Below, in pieces: positions 8,211 to 18,470 of a stretch of DNA of 58,965 bases. The translations under genes were made by a program, and so were the position numbers. The notes beneath the pieces are model-generated. The model was not told the origin of the DNA and did not search any database. It saw only the letters and a list, made by a program, of their open reading frames with translations. The stretch's first letter is position 1; every line of letters starts with the position of its first letter. Origin of the DNA: Candidatus Ryanbacteria bacterium RIFCSPHIGHO2_02_FULL_45_17b (GTDB lineage Bacteria; Patescibacteriota; Minisyncoccia; Ryanbacterales; 2-02-FULL-48-12); contig MHNO01000010.1 in assembly GCA_001819815.1 (NCBI GenBank), positions 67,847-126,811 of the forward strand, given 5' to 3'.

Positions 8211-8795
8211 ATGGCTCATTTTAACAGAGACAATAAGGGAGGCAGGGGGAAGTTCGGCAAAAAGAGTTTTGGCGGACGAGATAACCGGCCACAAATGCAT
8301 GACGCAACCTGTAACAAATGCGGGAAACGATGCCAAGTACCTTTTCGTCCTACGGGTGAGAGGCCTGTTTATTGCAGCGATTGTTTTGAAAAAGAGCGCG
8401 GTGATTCCATGCCGCAGAGAAACGAGGGACGAGATTTTGGTCATAAAGACAGAGGTGGATTTCATTCGGAAGAACGGCGCATGTATTCGGCAACGTGTGA
8501 TAATTGCGGCAAAAAGTGCGAAGTGCCTTTCATGCCAAGCGAAGGAAGGAAAACATATTGCAAAGAATGTTTTGATAATGGCGCGGCGGGCGAGCGCAAA
8601 AATAGAGACTCGCGCACGAATGCGACCAACAATAATGTTAATAAAACCGTAGACTCATACAAAGGACAATTTGAGGCACTCAATAAAAAGCTCGATGAAA
8701 TTTTACATGTCCTTACGCCAAAAAGCGCAGATAAACCGGTCAAGAAGAAGCCTGTCAAAAAGGCAGTAGCTCCTAAAAAAACAAAGAAAAAGTAA
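8211..8795 (+). CDS. CxxC-x17-CxxC zinc-ribbon protein with a duplicated module and a Lys-rich tail
   Basis: Two copies of C-x2-CGK-x-C-x-VPF-x-P-...-YC-x2-CF (CNKCGKRCQVPFRPTGERPVYCSDCF and CDNCGKKCEVPFMPSEGRKTYCKECF). The C-terminus reads KPVKKKPVKKAVAPKKTKKK. Confidence 0.75.
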   Translation: MAHFNRDNKGGRGKFGKKSFGGRDNRPQMHDATCNKCGKRCQVPFRPTGERPVYCSDCFEKERGDSMPQRNEGRDFGHKDRGGFHSEERRMYSATCDNCGKKCEVPFMPSEGRKTYCKECFDNGAAGERKNRDSRTNATNNNVNKTVDSYKGQFEALNKKLDEILHVLTPKSADKPVKKKPVKKAVAPKKTKKK

Positions 8796-8800
8796 AAGAA

Positions 8801-8833
8801 GCCCGCAAAAAATAATTCGCGGGTTTCTTTTTT
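8801..8833 (+). terminator. Intrinsic terminator after the zinc-ribbon gene
   Basis: CCCGC pairs with GCGGG and is followed by TTTCTTTTTT. Confidence 0.5.
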
Positions 8834-8840
8834 ACGCAAG

Positions 8841-10307
8841 ATGGCGTATGGTTGCATGATGTCCCGCGAAGAAGTAATTGTACGATTTGAAGACGTGTCG
8901 TTTGAGTATGGTCACAAGCATCCTATTGTAAAGGAGGTGTCTTTTTCGTTGCGCGGCGGTTCTAAAAGCGCGCTCATGGGACAAAACGGCGCGGGTAAAA
9001 GCACGCTTTTTGCGCTTATAACAGGCGCGTTAAAACCGGAATCAGGCGCCATTCACATTGCCCAGGGTTTGACGATCGCAACTGCAAGGCAGGTTATTTC
9101 ACGTGAGCAGGCGTATCTTTCAGTTCGGGAGTTTTTTGAGAACAGTTTCCGAGAAAAAGTATATGATATTGATCCGCGTATTGACGCGGTGCTTGAAGTG
9201 GTGCAGTTGGTCGCGCCCAAAGATAAACTCATCAAATCGTTTTCGGGCGGCCAGCAGGCGCGTTTGTTGTTGGCGGCCGCTCTGATACAAGATCCTGATT
9301 TACTTTTGCTTGATGAGCCAACCAACAATTTGGATGAGGCGGGGATTTCGCATTTGACCAAATTTTTAGTTGACTACAAAAAGACGTGCGTGGTTATTTC
9401 ACATGATGCGAAATTTTTAAACGCGTTTACCGACACGGTGTTGTATCTTGATGTGTTTACGCGGGTTATTGAGAAATATGCGGGCACCTATTTTAACGTG
9501 GTTAAAGATATCGCGGCGCGCGTAGAACGCGAAAACAAGAGAAACGCGCAGCTTGCGAAAGAAATTCAGGAAAATAAAGAGAAGGCAAACTTTTTTGCGC
9601 ATAAGGGCGGCAAAATGCGAAACGTAGCCAAAAAAATGCGAGACAAGATTGAGGTTATGGAAGAGGAACAGGTAGATACTCGTCAGGAAGATAAAACAAT
9701 CCGCCCGTTTCAAATTCCTGCCCAACAGGAAATTATGGGTGATATTGCCCGTATTACTTCCTATAGTACGATGCAAAACCATAAGCCAGTTTCGCATGCT
9801 ACCGATATTACGCTTCGAAAAAAATATCATCTCTTAATTAAAGGCCCTAATGGCATCGGCAAAACTACATTACTTGAAGCATTGGCGTCTGGCAAAGCGA
9901 AAGGCATGAGCATTATGCCGGAAGTGCGGGTAGGGTATTATCGTCAAGATTTTTCAACGCTGAATTTTGAGGATACTGTTTATGAGTCGTTAATGGCAGT
10001 CATGGACGTAAAATTGGAAGACGTGCTTCGCGGAACGGCCGCGCGGTTTTTAATTACGTCGGAGTCGATGAATATGAAGATTGGATTGCTTTCGGAAGGA
10101 CAAAAGGGGTTGGTGGCATTTGCGCGCTTGGTATTGCTTAAACCCGGATTACTTATTTTGGATGAGCCGACAAATCATATAAATTTTCGTCATATACCGG
10201 TTATTGCGCGTGCGCTCAATCAGTATGAGGGCGCTATGATTTTAGTGAGCCACGTTCCGGATTTTGTGGCGCAAATTCGCATTGACGAGATCCTTGATTT
10301 GGAATAA
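8841..10307 (+). CDS. ABC-F family ATPase (two ABC domains, no TM domain)
   Basis: Domain 1 has GQNGAGKST, FSGGQQAR and LLLLDEPTNNLD. Domain 2 has GPNGIGKTT, LSEGQKG and LILDEPTNHI. A charged linker joins them. The start could instead be 8856. Confidence 0.85.
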   Translation: MAYGCMMSREEVIVRFEDVSFEYGHKHPIVKEVSFSLRGGSKSALMGQNGAGKSTLFALITGALKPESGAIHIAQGLTIATARQVISREQAYLSVREFFENSFREKVYDIDPRIDAVLEVVQLVAPKDKLIKSFSGGQQARLLLAAALIQDPDLLLLDEPTNNLDEAGISHLTKFLVDYKKTCVVISHDAKFLNAFTDTVLYLDVFTRVIEKYAGTYFNVVKDIAARVERENKRNAQLAKEIQENKEKANFFAHKGGKMRNVAKKMRDKIEVMEEEQVDTRQEDKTIRPFQIPAQQEIMGDIARITSYSTMQNHKPVSHATDITLRKKYHLLIKGPNGIGKTTLLEALASGKAKGMSIMPEVRVGYYRQDFSTLNFEDTVYESLMAVMDVKLEDVLRGTAARFLITSESMNMKIGLLSEGQKGLVAFARLVLLKPGLLILDEPTNHINFRHIPVIARALNQYEGAMILVSHVPDFVAQIRIDEILDLE

Positions 10308-10335
10308 AAAAACGGGGCACTTTGTTAATGCCCCG
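10306..10335 (-). terminator. Intrinsic terminator for the minus-strand membrane-protein gene
   Basis: CGGGGCA (10313-10319) pairs with TGCCCCG (10329-10335). The T-tract on the minus strand corresponds to the A-run at 10306-10312. Confidence 0.55.
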
Positions 10336-10365
10336 CGGTGGGAATTTGCTCCCACTATTCCTCAT

Positions 10366-10884
10366 CTACAACCTTCGTGCGCGCTCTAGTCTAAGCGCCG
10401 CCTTCACAGCGGCGTCAATTACATTTTGATCGATAGGGTACTCTCGGAGCTCCTCTGCTCCGGGTGCGTTTGTTTTCCCTATCAAGAAAAACGACACTAA
10501 CGTTCCTACGACTAGAATCACTCCTCCGGTAAGGAGGAGCGGCCAAAAGTAGGGGCTCGAAAATTTCACAAAAGACACTACTGAGATAACAACAGCCATA
10601 GCTGTTATTTCTGCTCCCAAGAGGATGAAAAGCGGCCTATTACTGTCTGCCGGCATTGGGGCGGTCTCCCTGCCTATGTAATGCACGAGGAAGAGAATCG
10701 GAACAAAGATTCCAAACACCACGCCCATGGCGGGTAGGTATTCCTCCACGTATATCCGTGCGAGCGCACCCAGTACGCCCTCAACCTCTGTTACGTTGAA
10801 GTATTTTATTAAGGCCGTTGTGGTGATAAAAAAACCAACAAGGATTCCTCCAAGAACATTAAGTAACTTCTGTCCATGTAGCAT
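10366..10884 (-). CDS. Hypothetical integral membrane protein (about 4 TM segments)
   Basis: Complete ORF with four long hydrophobic segments. No family was recognised. Confidence 0.5.
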   Translation of the reverse strand: MLHGQKLLNVLGGILVGFFITTTALIKYFNVTEVEGVLGALARIYVEEYLPAMGVVFGIFVPILFLVHYIGRETAPMPADSNRPLFILLGAEITAMAVVISVVSFVKFSSPYFWPLLLTGGVILVVGTLVSFFLIGKTNAPGAEELREYPIDQNVIDAAVKAALRLERARRL

Positions 10885-11038
10885 TTTTTTCTCTCCTTTT
10901 TACCCCAACCTGCCTTGTGCTCAGGACTTATAGGGCATTCAAAGATTCTAAGAACATTGTACACTATTATATTGTTTATCTCAAGCTCTGCAAGCTAGAT
11001 AATATCTAAGCTATTTTTGTAACGGCTTGCTTGGAGTA

Positions 11039-11067
11039 TAAAAAATTGCTGACCATTGAGATCAGCA
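11039..11067 (-). terminator. Intrinsic terminator for the IMPase gene
   Basis: TGCTGA (11047-11052) pairs with TCAGCA (11062-11067), then AATTTTTT on the minus strand. A near-identical hairpin occurs at 12897-12915. Confidence 0.5.
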
Positions 11068-11080
11068 GGGAGGTTGTTAT

Positions 11081-11863
11081 TTATTTTTTCATTGATTGCA
11101 CAAGTTTCAAGAGCTCCTTATGGATGATGCCATTACTTGCCACCAATGACTTTGAGAATGGGTGCCATGGGCTGCCGTCAAAATCAGTAACTTCGCCCCC
11201 TATTGTTTTGAGAATCAATCCCGCCGCCGCGTGGTCAAAGGGTTCCGGGGCGGGGTGTATGTAGCCGTCAATATTACCCATTACAACAGCCATCATGCTC
11301 GCCGTACAACAGAGCCGTATTTGCGGATATCGCGTGTAGCGGGTTAGAATCTCAAAAAGGGAAGTCGTGAGGCGTGGATCTTTTTTATTGTGATCCGTCC
11401 AAACAGAGCATTCTTTTAACACGCCTCGTTTACTTATACCGATAGGAAGTACGTTGGGGTGGGTTTGTTGTTTTACTTGTACTTGTTTTCCATCTGTCAG
11501 GAATAGCTGTCTCTTTTTCGGAAGATATACTACGCCTGCTTTCGCGAGGCCGTTCTCTGTGTAGGCTATAGAGATACCCCATGTATCGTCTTGGCGGAAA
11601 AAGTTCCACGAACCATCCAAAGGATCAACTATCCACCCATGTTTTCCATCTTTCAGTTCTGCCTCTTCAGAGGAGTAGCGAATAGAAGGATACTCTTTTT
11701 TCAGATAATGTTGCAATATGAAATCTGAATCAATATCTGCCCTGGTTAAGAAATCTTTGTAAGTTACAAGATCTTTTGCCTCTTGTTGCGTGTTCATCAG
11801 CACTGATCCGGCAGTTACTGCAGCGTTTTCCATGATGTCAAGGAGCTTTTTTAAACTTCTCAC
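11081..11863 (-). CDS. Inositol monophosphatase family protein (SuhB-like)
   Basis: WIVDPLDGSWNF metal-binding motif, EEAE upstream of it, and a length of 260 aa. Confidence 0.8.
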   Translation of the reverse strand: MRSLKKLLDIMENAAVTAGSVLMNTQQEAKDLVTYKDFLTRADIDSDFILQHYLKKEYPSIRYSSEEAELKDGKHGWIVDPLDGSWNFFRQDDTWGISIAYTENGLAKAGVVYLPKKRQLFLTDGKQVQVKQQTHPNVLPIGISKRGVLKECSVWTDHNKKDPRLTTSLFEILTRYTRYPQIRLCCTASMMAVVMGNIDGYIHPAPEPFDHAAAGLILKTIGGEVTDFDGSPWHPFSKSLVASNGIIHKELLKLVQSMKK

Positions 11864-11945
11864 GTTTTACCTCCTGTTGCTGTATTTCTTGCATATCTAG
11901 CATGGTTAGATGCATGTCGCAAGGTTTGGCTTGCTCGGAGTATAA

Positions 11946-12915
<970 letters not shown>

Positions 12916-12927
12916 AGGAGTCGGGTT

Positions 12928-13557
12928 CTAGGTCGAAAAGATTGCATCAAGATCTAGGTCGTACTTTTTCTTAAGATGAGGGAGTGCGCGGAAGGTGGTG
13001 ATAATTGCTGATGGCTCTTCGACTTCTGTGAGGCATCTTCGAATCCATTTTTCTAATGGAACTTTTTCGACTGCAATATCTTCTATTTTATCAAGTTTAC
13101 CATCCTTTATTTTTTTGCAGTCCAAAGCAAGGAATGAAAAAAACCGTGTTGGTGAGTTGCGTGTTGCGATAAATTGCGGCGGCCCCAAAAAAATAAACTG
13201 CCCCGTGTATCCGGACGTTTCTTCTCCCAGTTCTCGCTTGGCCACGGTTTCCGGTTTCTCATCGGTAAAATTTGCAGTTCCTGCCGGCAATTCCTGAACA
13301 ATTTTATGACACCCTTGTTTGTATTGCCAAACTACCAAGACCTCTTTGTTTTCTGTAATGGCAAGCACCACCGACCAATCCCTTTGTGAAAAGTGTGTGA
13401 ATGTTTCTGTATGGCTGTCGCCTGGTCTCCTGTAACCTTGCTTGTATAGCCGCTTGCCGTACAGATCTTCAGCGAGTGTTTCCTCGTCTCCAACTTTTTC
13501 CCAAGATACTAATTCCTCGATCCGCATATGAGACATGATTATTTCCTTTCTTTGCAA
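12928..13557 (-). CDS. NUDIX hydrolase (ADP-sugar pyrophosphatase-like), paralog 1
   Basis: Nudix box AGTANFTDEKPETVAKRELGEETSG. It aligns clearly with the 15578-16135 product along the whole length. Confidence 0.8.
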   Translation of the reverse strand: MQRKEIIMSHMRIEELVSWEKVGDEETLAEDLYGKRLYKQGYRRPGDSHTETFTHFSQRDWSVVLAITENKEVLVVWQYKQGCHKIVQELPAGTANFTDEKPETVAKRELGEETSGYTGQFIFLGPPQFIATRNSPTRFFSFLALDCKKIKDGKLDKIEDIAVEKVPLEKWIRRCLTEVEEPSAIITTFRALPHLKKKYDLDLDAIFST

Positions 13558-13609
13558 AGTCTATTTTGAAGCAACTCTACTAGAGTAGAAACAATGTGTC
13601 AATGCAATG

Positions 13610-13638
13610 TTGACGTGTCTCTCTATGTATTGTAGAAT
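13610..13638 (+). promoter_or_regulatory. Sigma70-like promoter of the nucleotidyltransferase / MT-GT2 operon
   Basis: TTGACG (13610-13615), an exact 17-nt spacer, then TAGAAT (13633-13638) preceded by TG. The ATG at 13655 follows. Confidence 0.5.
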
Positions 13639-13654
13639 CGCCATATATCTCTTT

Positions 13655-14155
13655 ATGGATGCGAAACATAAAATAATTTCTTATAGACAAGCTGGAAAAG
13701 TAGCAGATCAGCTACATAAAGCAGGCAAAAAAATAGTCTTTAAGAGTGGTTGTTTTGATTTGTTTCATATCGGACATGTCCGGGCACTACAGGCTGCAAA
13801 GAATCAAGGAGATATTCTTTTCATCTCACTTGGCAATGATGCGTGGCTTCGGAAATATAAAGGACAAGGCAGACCTATATTTCGCCAAGAATTACGTGCC
13901 GAACTGTTGGCAAGTCTTGCGTGTGTGGATTATGTCGTTATCGCGCGTGAATCTATTGCAAACCGTATAGACCACAAGAAATTGTTTTCAATTATCAAGC
14001 CGCAGTATTATATGCTTCCGCCAAATGACAAAGCGCTTGTTGAAAAACGCGTGTTTGCAAAACAATATGGCGCAAAAATTGTTTTCAAGTCCGAAACAAG
14101 GGGTAAGTTCGCGTCTACCACGCGTCTTCATGTATTATTACAGTCCTTAGGCTGA
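13655..14155 (+). CDS. Cytidylyltransferase-fold nucleotidyltransferase (RfaE domain II / HldC-like heptose-1-P adenylyltransferase, or TagD-like)
   Basis: KKIVFKSGCFDLFHIGHVRALQAAKNQGDILFISLGND ... GQGRPIF ... VDYVVI, with a C-terminal ETRGKFASTT. The start was placed after the promoter. Confidence 0.7.
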   Translation: MDAKHKIISYRQAGKVADQLHKAGKKIVFKSGCFDLFHIGHVRALQAAKNQGDILFISLGNDAWLRKYKGQGRPIFRQELRAELLASLACVDYVVIARESIANRIDHKKLFSIIKPQYYMLPPNDKALVEKRVFAKQYGAKIVFKSETRGKFASTTRLHVLLQSLG

Positions 14156-14164
14156 GAGAAAATT

Positions 14165-15571
14165 ATGAAAAAAGAAGAGCGTACAACATATTTTGATTTA
14201 GCGGCTGAAGATCGCGATGCATGGAAAAAGCGTAATTGGTATTATCATTGGAATGTAGAAAAGCTGTTGCAATTTCTTGTGCCTTCAGGAGAGACGATCT
14301 TGGAAATTGGATCCGGCACGGGGGATTTGCTCGTTGCTCTAAAACCAAAACACGCTGTTGGGCTTGATGTAAGCGAACGCATGACAGCGTCAGCGAGAGC
14401 GAAATATCCGCACATAGAATGGGTGGTGGGGGACGCGGAAGATTTGAAGATTGGCGAACAGTTCAATTGGGTAGTCATGTCGGATTTGCTCGGTTTCCTC
14501 GACGATATTGAGCAGACATTTTCCAACTTAAATCGTGTTACTCACCCGCACTCTAAAATAGTGGTAACATATTATAATTATTTATGGGAGCCGATATTGC
14601 GGTTTGCAGAATTATTGCACTTGAAGAAAAAGCAACCACTGCAAAATTGGCTCTCGTCTAAAGATATAGAAAATATGCTTTCTTTAGGTGGTTTTGAGGT
14701 AATAAAAAGCGGTGTGAGGCTTCTGTTTCCTTTTTATATCCCATTCATTTCGTCTCTGCTTAACCGTTTTTTTGGCAATCTTCCTTTGATAAATAAATTG
14801 GGAGTTCTTCAATATACGATTGCGCGTCCTATATCGCGAGAAAAGCGTGATTATTCTGTTTCAGTAATTATTCCTTGCCGGAATGAAAAAGGGAATATTG
14901 AGCGCGCAATGGAAAGAATGCCGCAGTTTGGGACATATCTCGAAATTATTTTTGTAGAAAAAGGATCAAATGATGGTACTATGGATGAAATTAAGCGTGT
15001 TGCGAATCTATATGCAGGCAAACGCAACATTCGCATACTTGAGGGAGAGATTGATACAAAACGGGATAAAGTTCGGCAGGGATTTGAAGCCGCGAAAGGT
15101 GAGATGCTTATGATTCTTGATGCCGATCTTACGGTACGGCCAGAGGATTTGCCAAAGTTTTATCGTGCGATGGCATCGGGGCGCGGAGAGTTTATTAATG
15201 GATCACGTCTTGTCTACCAGCTGGAAAAAGAGTCTATGCGTTTTTTCAATGTTCTTGGCAATAAGTTTTTTAGCATCGCGTTTACCTGGCTTTTGGGACA
15301 GCGCTTGAAAGATACGCTCTGTGGCACCAAAGTATTGTTGAAAAATGATTATGAAGCTATAGTAAAAGGCAGGGACTATTTTGGTGATTTTGATCCGTTT
15401 GGTGATTTTGATCTTCTTTTTGGCGCGGCGAAATTAAATTTAAAAATAGTCGAGATGCCCATTCGATATCAAGCGCGGATATATGGCACTACCAATATTA
15501 AACGGTGGCGGCACGGCGTGATACTTTTACGTATGGTGTGGTTTGCCATGTGGCGTATAAAATTTATTTAG
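14165..15571 (+). CDS. Fusion protein: class I SAM methyltransferase (N-terminal) and GT2 glycosyltransferase (C-terminal)
   Basis: N-terminal ILEIGSGTGDLL. C-terminal VSVIIPCRNEKGNIERA, the DAD motif (LMILDADLT), and two terminal hydrophobic helices. Confidence 0.8.
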   Translation: MKKEERTTYFDLAAEDRDAWKKRNWYYHWNVEKLLQFLVPSGETILEIGSGTGDLLVALKPKHAVGLDVSERMTASARAKYPHIEWVVGDAEDLKIGEQFNWVVMSDLLGFLDDIEQTFSNLNRVTHPHSKIVVTYYNYLWEPILRFAELLHLKKKQPLQNWLSSKDIENMLSLGGFEVIKSGVRLLFPFYIPFISSLLNRFFGNLPLINKLGVLQYTIARPISREKRDYSVSVIIPCRNEKGNIERAMERMPQFGTYLEIIFVEKGSNDGTMDEIKRVANLYAGKRNIRILEGEIDTKRDKVRQGFEAAKGEMLMILDADLTVRPEDLPKFYRAMASGRGEFINGSRLVYQLEKESMRFFNVLGNKFFSIAFTWLLGQRLKDTLCGTKVLLKNDYEAIVKGRDYFGDFDPFGDFDLLFGAAKLNLKIVEMPIRYQARIYGTTNIKRWRHGVILLRMVWFAMWRIKFI

Positions 15572-15577
15572 ATTTTT

Positions 15578-16135
15578 ATGATTCAAGAGTGGCGCAAAGG
15601 TAAGGAAGAAATTCTTCTTAAAAAATTTGGAAAGGAAATGCGGTCGGTGTTATTTACAGACCCTCGTATGAATATTGAAGAGGAATTTATTTTATTTGGA
15701 AGCAAAGACTGGTCTGTAGTTCTGCCTCTTACGACGGATATGCGTGTTGTTACCGTACGACAATACAAGCAGGGTTGTGATAAGATTATTCGGGAATTGC
15801 CGGCTGGCGCTGCTGATTTGAATGAGAAACCAGAACATACGGCGCGTAGAGAATTCTTAGAAGAAACTGGATATGAAGCTATGGAAGGTATGCGGTTTTT
15901 GGGTCCCCCGCTTTGGATATCAACGCGAAGCTCGTGGACCCGGTTTTGGCCGTTTCTTGCCCTTGGATGCAAGAAAGTGGCAGAACAAAAATTGGATGAT
16001 GTGGAAGATATTGAAGTAGAATTGATTCCATTGGATGAGTGGATACATAAGGCGCTTTCCGAAATTGAGGAGCCATCCGCGGTGGTGGCGACATTTCGTG
16101 CTTTACCGCACATAGGATATAAAATAGAGAAATAA
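15578..16135 (+). CDS. NUDIX hydrolase, paralog 2
   Basis: Canonical Nudix box GAADLNEKPEHTARREFLEETGY. It is a paralog of the 12928-13557 product. Confidence 0.8.
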   Translation: MIQEWRKGKEEILLKKFGKEMRSVLFTDPRMNIEEEFILFGSKDWSVVLPLTTDMRVVTVRQYKQGCDKIIRELPAGAADLNEKPEHTARREFLEETGYEAMEGMRFLGPPLWISTRSSWTRFWPFLALGCKKVAEQKLDDVEDIEVELIPLDEWIHKALSEIEEPSAVVATFRALPHIGYKIEK

Positions 16136-16138
16136 CGC

Positions 16139-16810
16139 ATGCCTTCGAAACTTATCATTCCACCGCGGCATCTGATGACAAAAACCAACGATGAAGATCC
16201 GGTATTTTTTCATTATTATCCTCTCGCGCGGATTGTGTATCGGAAGCGTCTGAAAAATACATTATCTCTCATTCCTTCAGAAAAACAGTTTGGCAATCTT
16301 CTGGAAATCGGGTACGGGTCGGGAATATTTTTACCGACGCTTGCCGAGCTCGCGGATTCTGTCACGGCGCTTGATATTCATCCCGAAACCGCGGCAGTGG
16401 GCACATTGCTTGATCATTATAATTTGCGCGATCGCGTGCGTCTTGTTTCAGGCGACATTATGAAGATGCCGTTTTCCGATAACTCGTTTGATGCATGCGT
16501 GATCGTAAGCACGCTTGAGAATATTGAAAATTCAGCACAAGCGGTTTCAGAAATCGCGCGCGTGGTAAAGCCAGCCGGTGATATCATCATTTCATTTCCG
16601 GTTGAGAATTTTATCACTGATTTATTGTTTCGCATTGCGGGCGAGGATCCGCGAAAAATTCATCCGTCGAATCATCGGTATATCTTGGAATACTTGCGAA
16701 AAAACTTTACGGTAACGCGGATTATTCATTTTCCGTCTTTTATGCCAGTGAACCTGTCGCTGTACATTTCACTTCATTGCAGGAATGATGTTTTGAAAAC
16801 GAAAAGTTGA
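16139..16810 (+). CDS. Class I SAM-dependent methyltransferase
   Basis: LLEIGYGSGIFLPTL motif I, and DACVIVSTLENI. Confidence 0.75.
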   Translation: MPSKLIIPPRHLMTKTNDEDPVFFHYYPLARIVYRKRLKNTLSLIPSEKQFGNLLEIGYGSGIFLPTLAELADSVTALDIHPETAAVGTLLDHYNLRDRVRLVSGDIMKMPFSDNSFDACVIVSTLENIENSAQAVSEIARVVKPAGDIIISFPVENFITDLLFRIAGEDPRKIHPSNHRYILEYLRKNFTVTRIIHFPSFMPVNLSLYISLHCRNDVLKTKS

Positions 16811-16933
16811 GAGGACATGACTCTCTGGGTCGAAGGAAAGTCGTTTTCTAAAAAGGCCACCCCCTCTCCACAGCCCCTTTTCAGAAACCGCTTTCCTTCG
16901 ATTTCCACTCGCTTCTTGGTTGCCGTAATAATT

Positions 16934-18268
16934 ATGAAAACCGAACGCCTGCTTCTTATATTCATACTGAGCGTAAAAATTCTGCTGGTACTCGGCGTAT
17001 TTTTTTTCTTTGGCGAAAGTCGGTTTATGTGGGCGGATACGGAGCATTACGCAAGCTTAGGCAGAAATCTTGTCAGAGGAAACGGACTTTCCTTTCCATT
17101 GGACAACGCGCCGGGGTATGAACCAACTACCGAATTTATGCCGGTATACCCGGCGCTTCTTGGCGTAGCATCTCTTATACCGCATGGATTTATCGCGGTA
17201 TCCATCCTGCAAGCAATATTGGCGGGTGTCACGGCGTTGTATGTCTACCGTATTGCATTGTTTTTTTTGCCGTCCATGTGGGCAATTGGCACGGTGCTTA
17301 TATGTTCCTTTGAGCCGCTTGTTGCCGCCATGCATCTATTACTCATGCCGGAAACCATATACGTCTGTTTCGCAACAATGTTTCTTTATTACACGCTTGC
17401 ATACGCGCGGGATAATCGTCCGGCTGATATGCACGCGGCAGTTTTTACGCTTGCGCTTGCTATATATACAAAACCAATAGCTATGTATCTTACGGTTTTT
17501 GCGGCGTTGTTTCTTTTTGCAACAAAAGGAGGATTTCGAAAGACCGTTGTGTTTATAAGCATTCTTACGCTTTTGCTATTTCCGTGGATGGTTCGAAATT
17601 ATGTTCTCGCGGGTACCTATGCCATCAATACAAATGGCGAACGCAATTTTTGCAATTGGGGGCTTTCCAGTATTCTTGCGGTACGGTACGGCGTGGATTC
17701 CAGCAACTGGAATACCACCGTGCATATGCCCGAATATGAGGAAGTCAAAGGACGGTGCGCAAGCGTGGGCCGCGCGCTGTGGATTTTTAGCACGGAATAC
17801 CCGTCAAGTTTTATAAAAGTGTCAGCTCTTTCAACTCTTTCACTTCTGACAAACGATGGTTACACGGTGTTTTTTGAAAAACCGGAAGATGAACAAGTAA
17901 AAGCGCATCACAACTATATAACCCCTGCTGTTTTTTCAAACAAAGATTGGCGCATAAAAATATCCGCCGCGTTGCGGGAATTTTCTTTTATAGAACTTGG
18001 TATTATTTTTGCGGGAAAACTTTTTTGGGTGCTCGCCTCTTTGGGGGCTGGGGCAGGCGCGTTTATGTTGATTCGTAAAAAAGAAACGCGTCCGTACGCA
18101 TTATTCTTGTTCTGTATTGTTTTTTACTATGTGGCGGCAAGCGTTTTATCCACGGGGCTTTCGGTAGGCGCGCGGTTGCGGTACCCCATTGACGCGCTCT
18201 TGCTCATATTCGCCACATATGCGATGAGGTATATCATAACCAGTGGGTTTTCTACAGAGCAGGACTGA
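16934..18268 (+). CDS. GT-C membrane glycosyltransferase #1 (ArnT/PMT_2, GT39/GT83-like)
   Basis: About 11 TM segments, an early extracytoplasmic loop (GESRFMWADTEHYASLGRNL), and PVYPALLG. The start was moved to ATG 16934 (MKTERLLL). Confidence 0.7.
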   Translation: MKTERLLLIFILSVKILLVLGVFFFFGESRFMWADTEHYASLGRNLVRGNGLSFPLDNAPGYEPTTEFMPVYPALLGVASLIPHGFIAVSILQAILAGVTALYVYRIALFFLPSMWAIGTVLICSFEPLVAAMHLLLMPETIYVCFATMFLYYTLAYARDNRPADMHAAVFTLALAIYTKPIAMYLTVFAALFLFATKGGFRKTVVFISILTLLLFPWMVRNYVLAGTYAINTNGERNFCNWGLSSILAVRYGVDSSNWNTTVHMPEYEEVKGRCASVGRALWIFSTEYPSSFIKVSALSTLSLLTNDGYTVFFEKPEDEQVKAHHNYITPAVFSNKDWRIKISAALREFSFIELGIIFAGKLFWVLASLGAGAGAFMLIRKKETRPYALFLFCIVFYYVAASVLSTGLSVGARLRYPIDALLLIFATYAMRYIITSGFSTEQD

Positions 18269-18470
18269 CCCCATTAGTATTAGCCCGAATTGTTGACATG
18301 TGGTAGTATACCAAAAAGAAGATAATCATGTATCTCGTTTTATGCAATGGGTTACCTTAACTTATACCCAGTGATGTTAAAAAACCCTATGGTTTTTGAT
18401 CAATAATGCGAAATTATGGGCGACCAAAAAAGTATCTGGCGCCTTATTCTTATTTATGTTTTGATATTGT

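Noticed and set aside
15583-16188. A 201-aa minus-strand ORF.
   Set aside because: It is antisense to NUDIX paralog 2, which has a canonical Nudix box. It has no motifs of its own.
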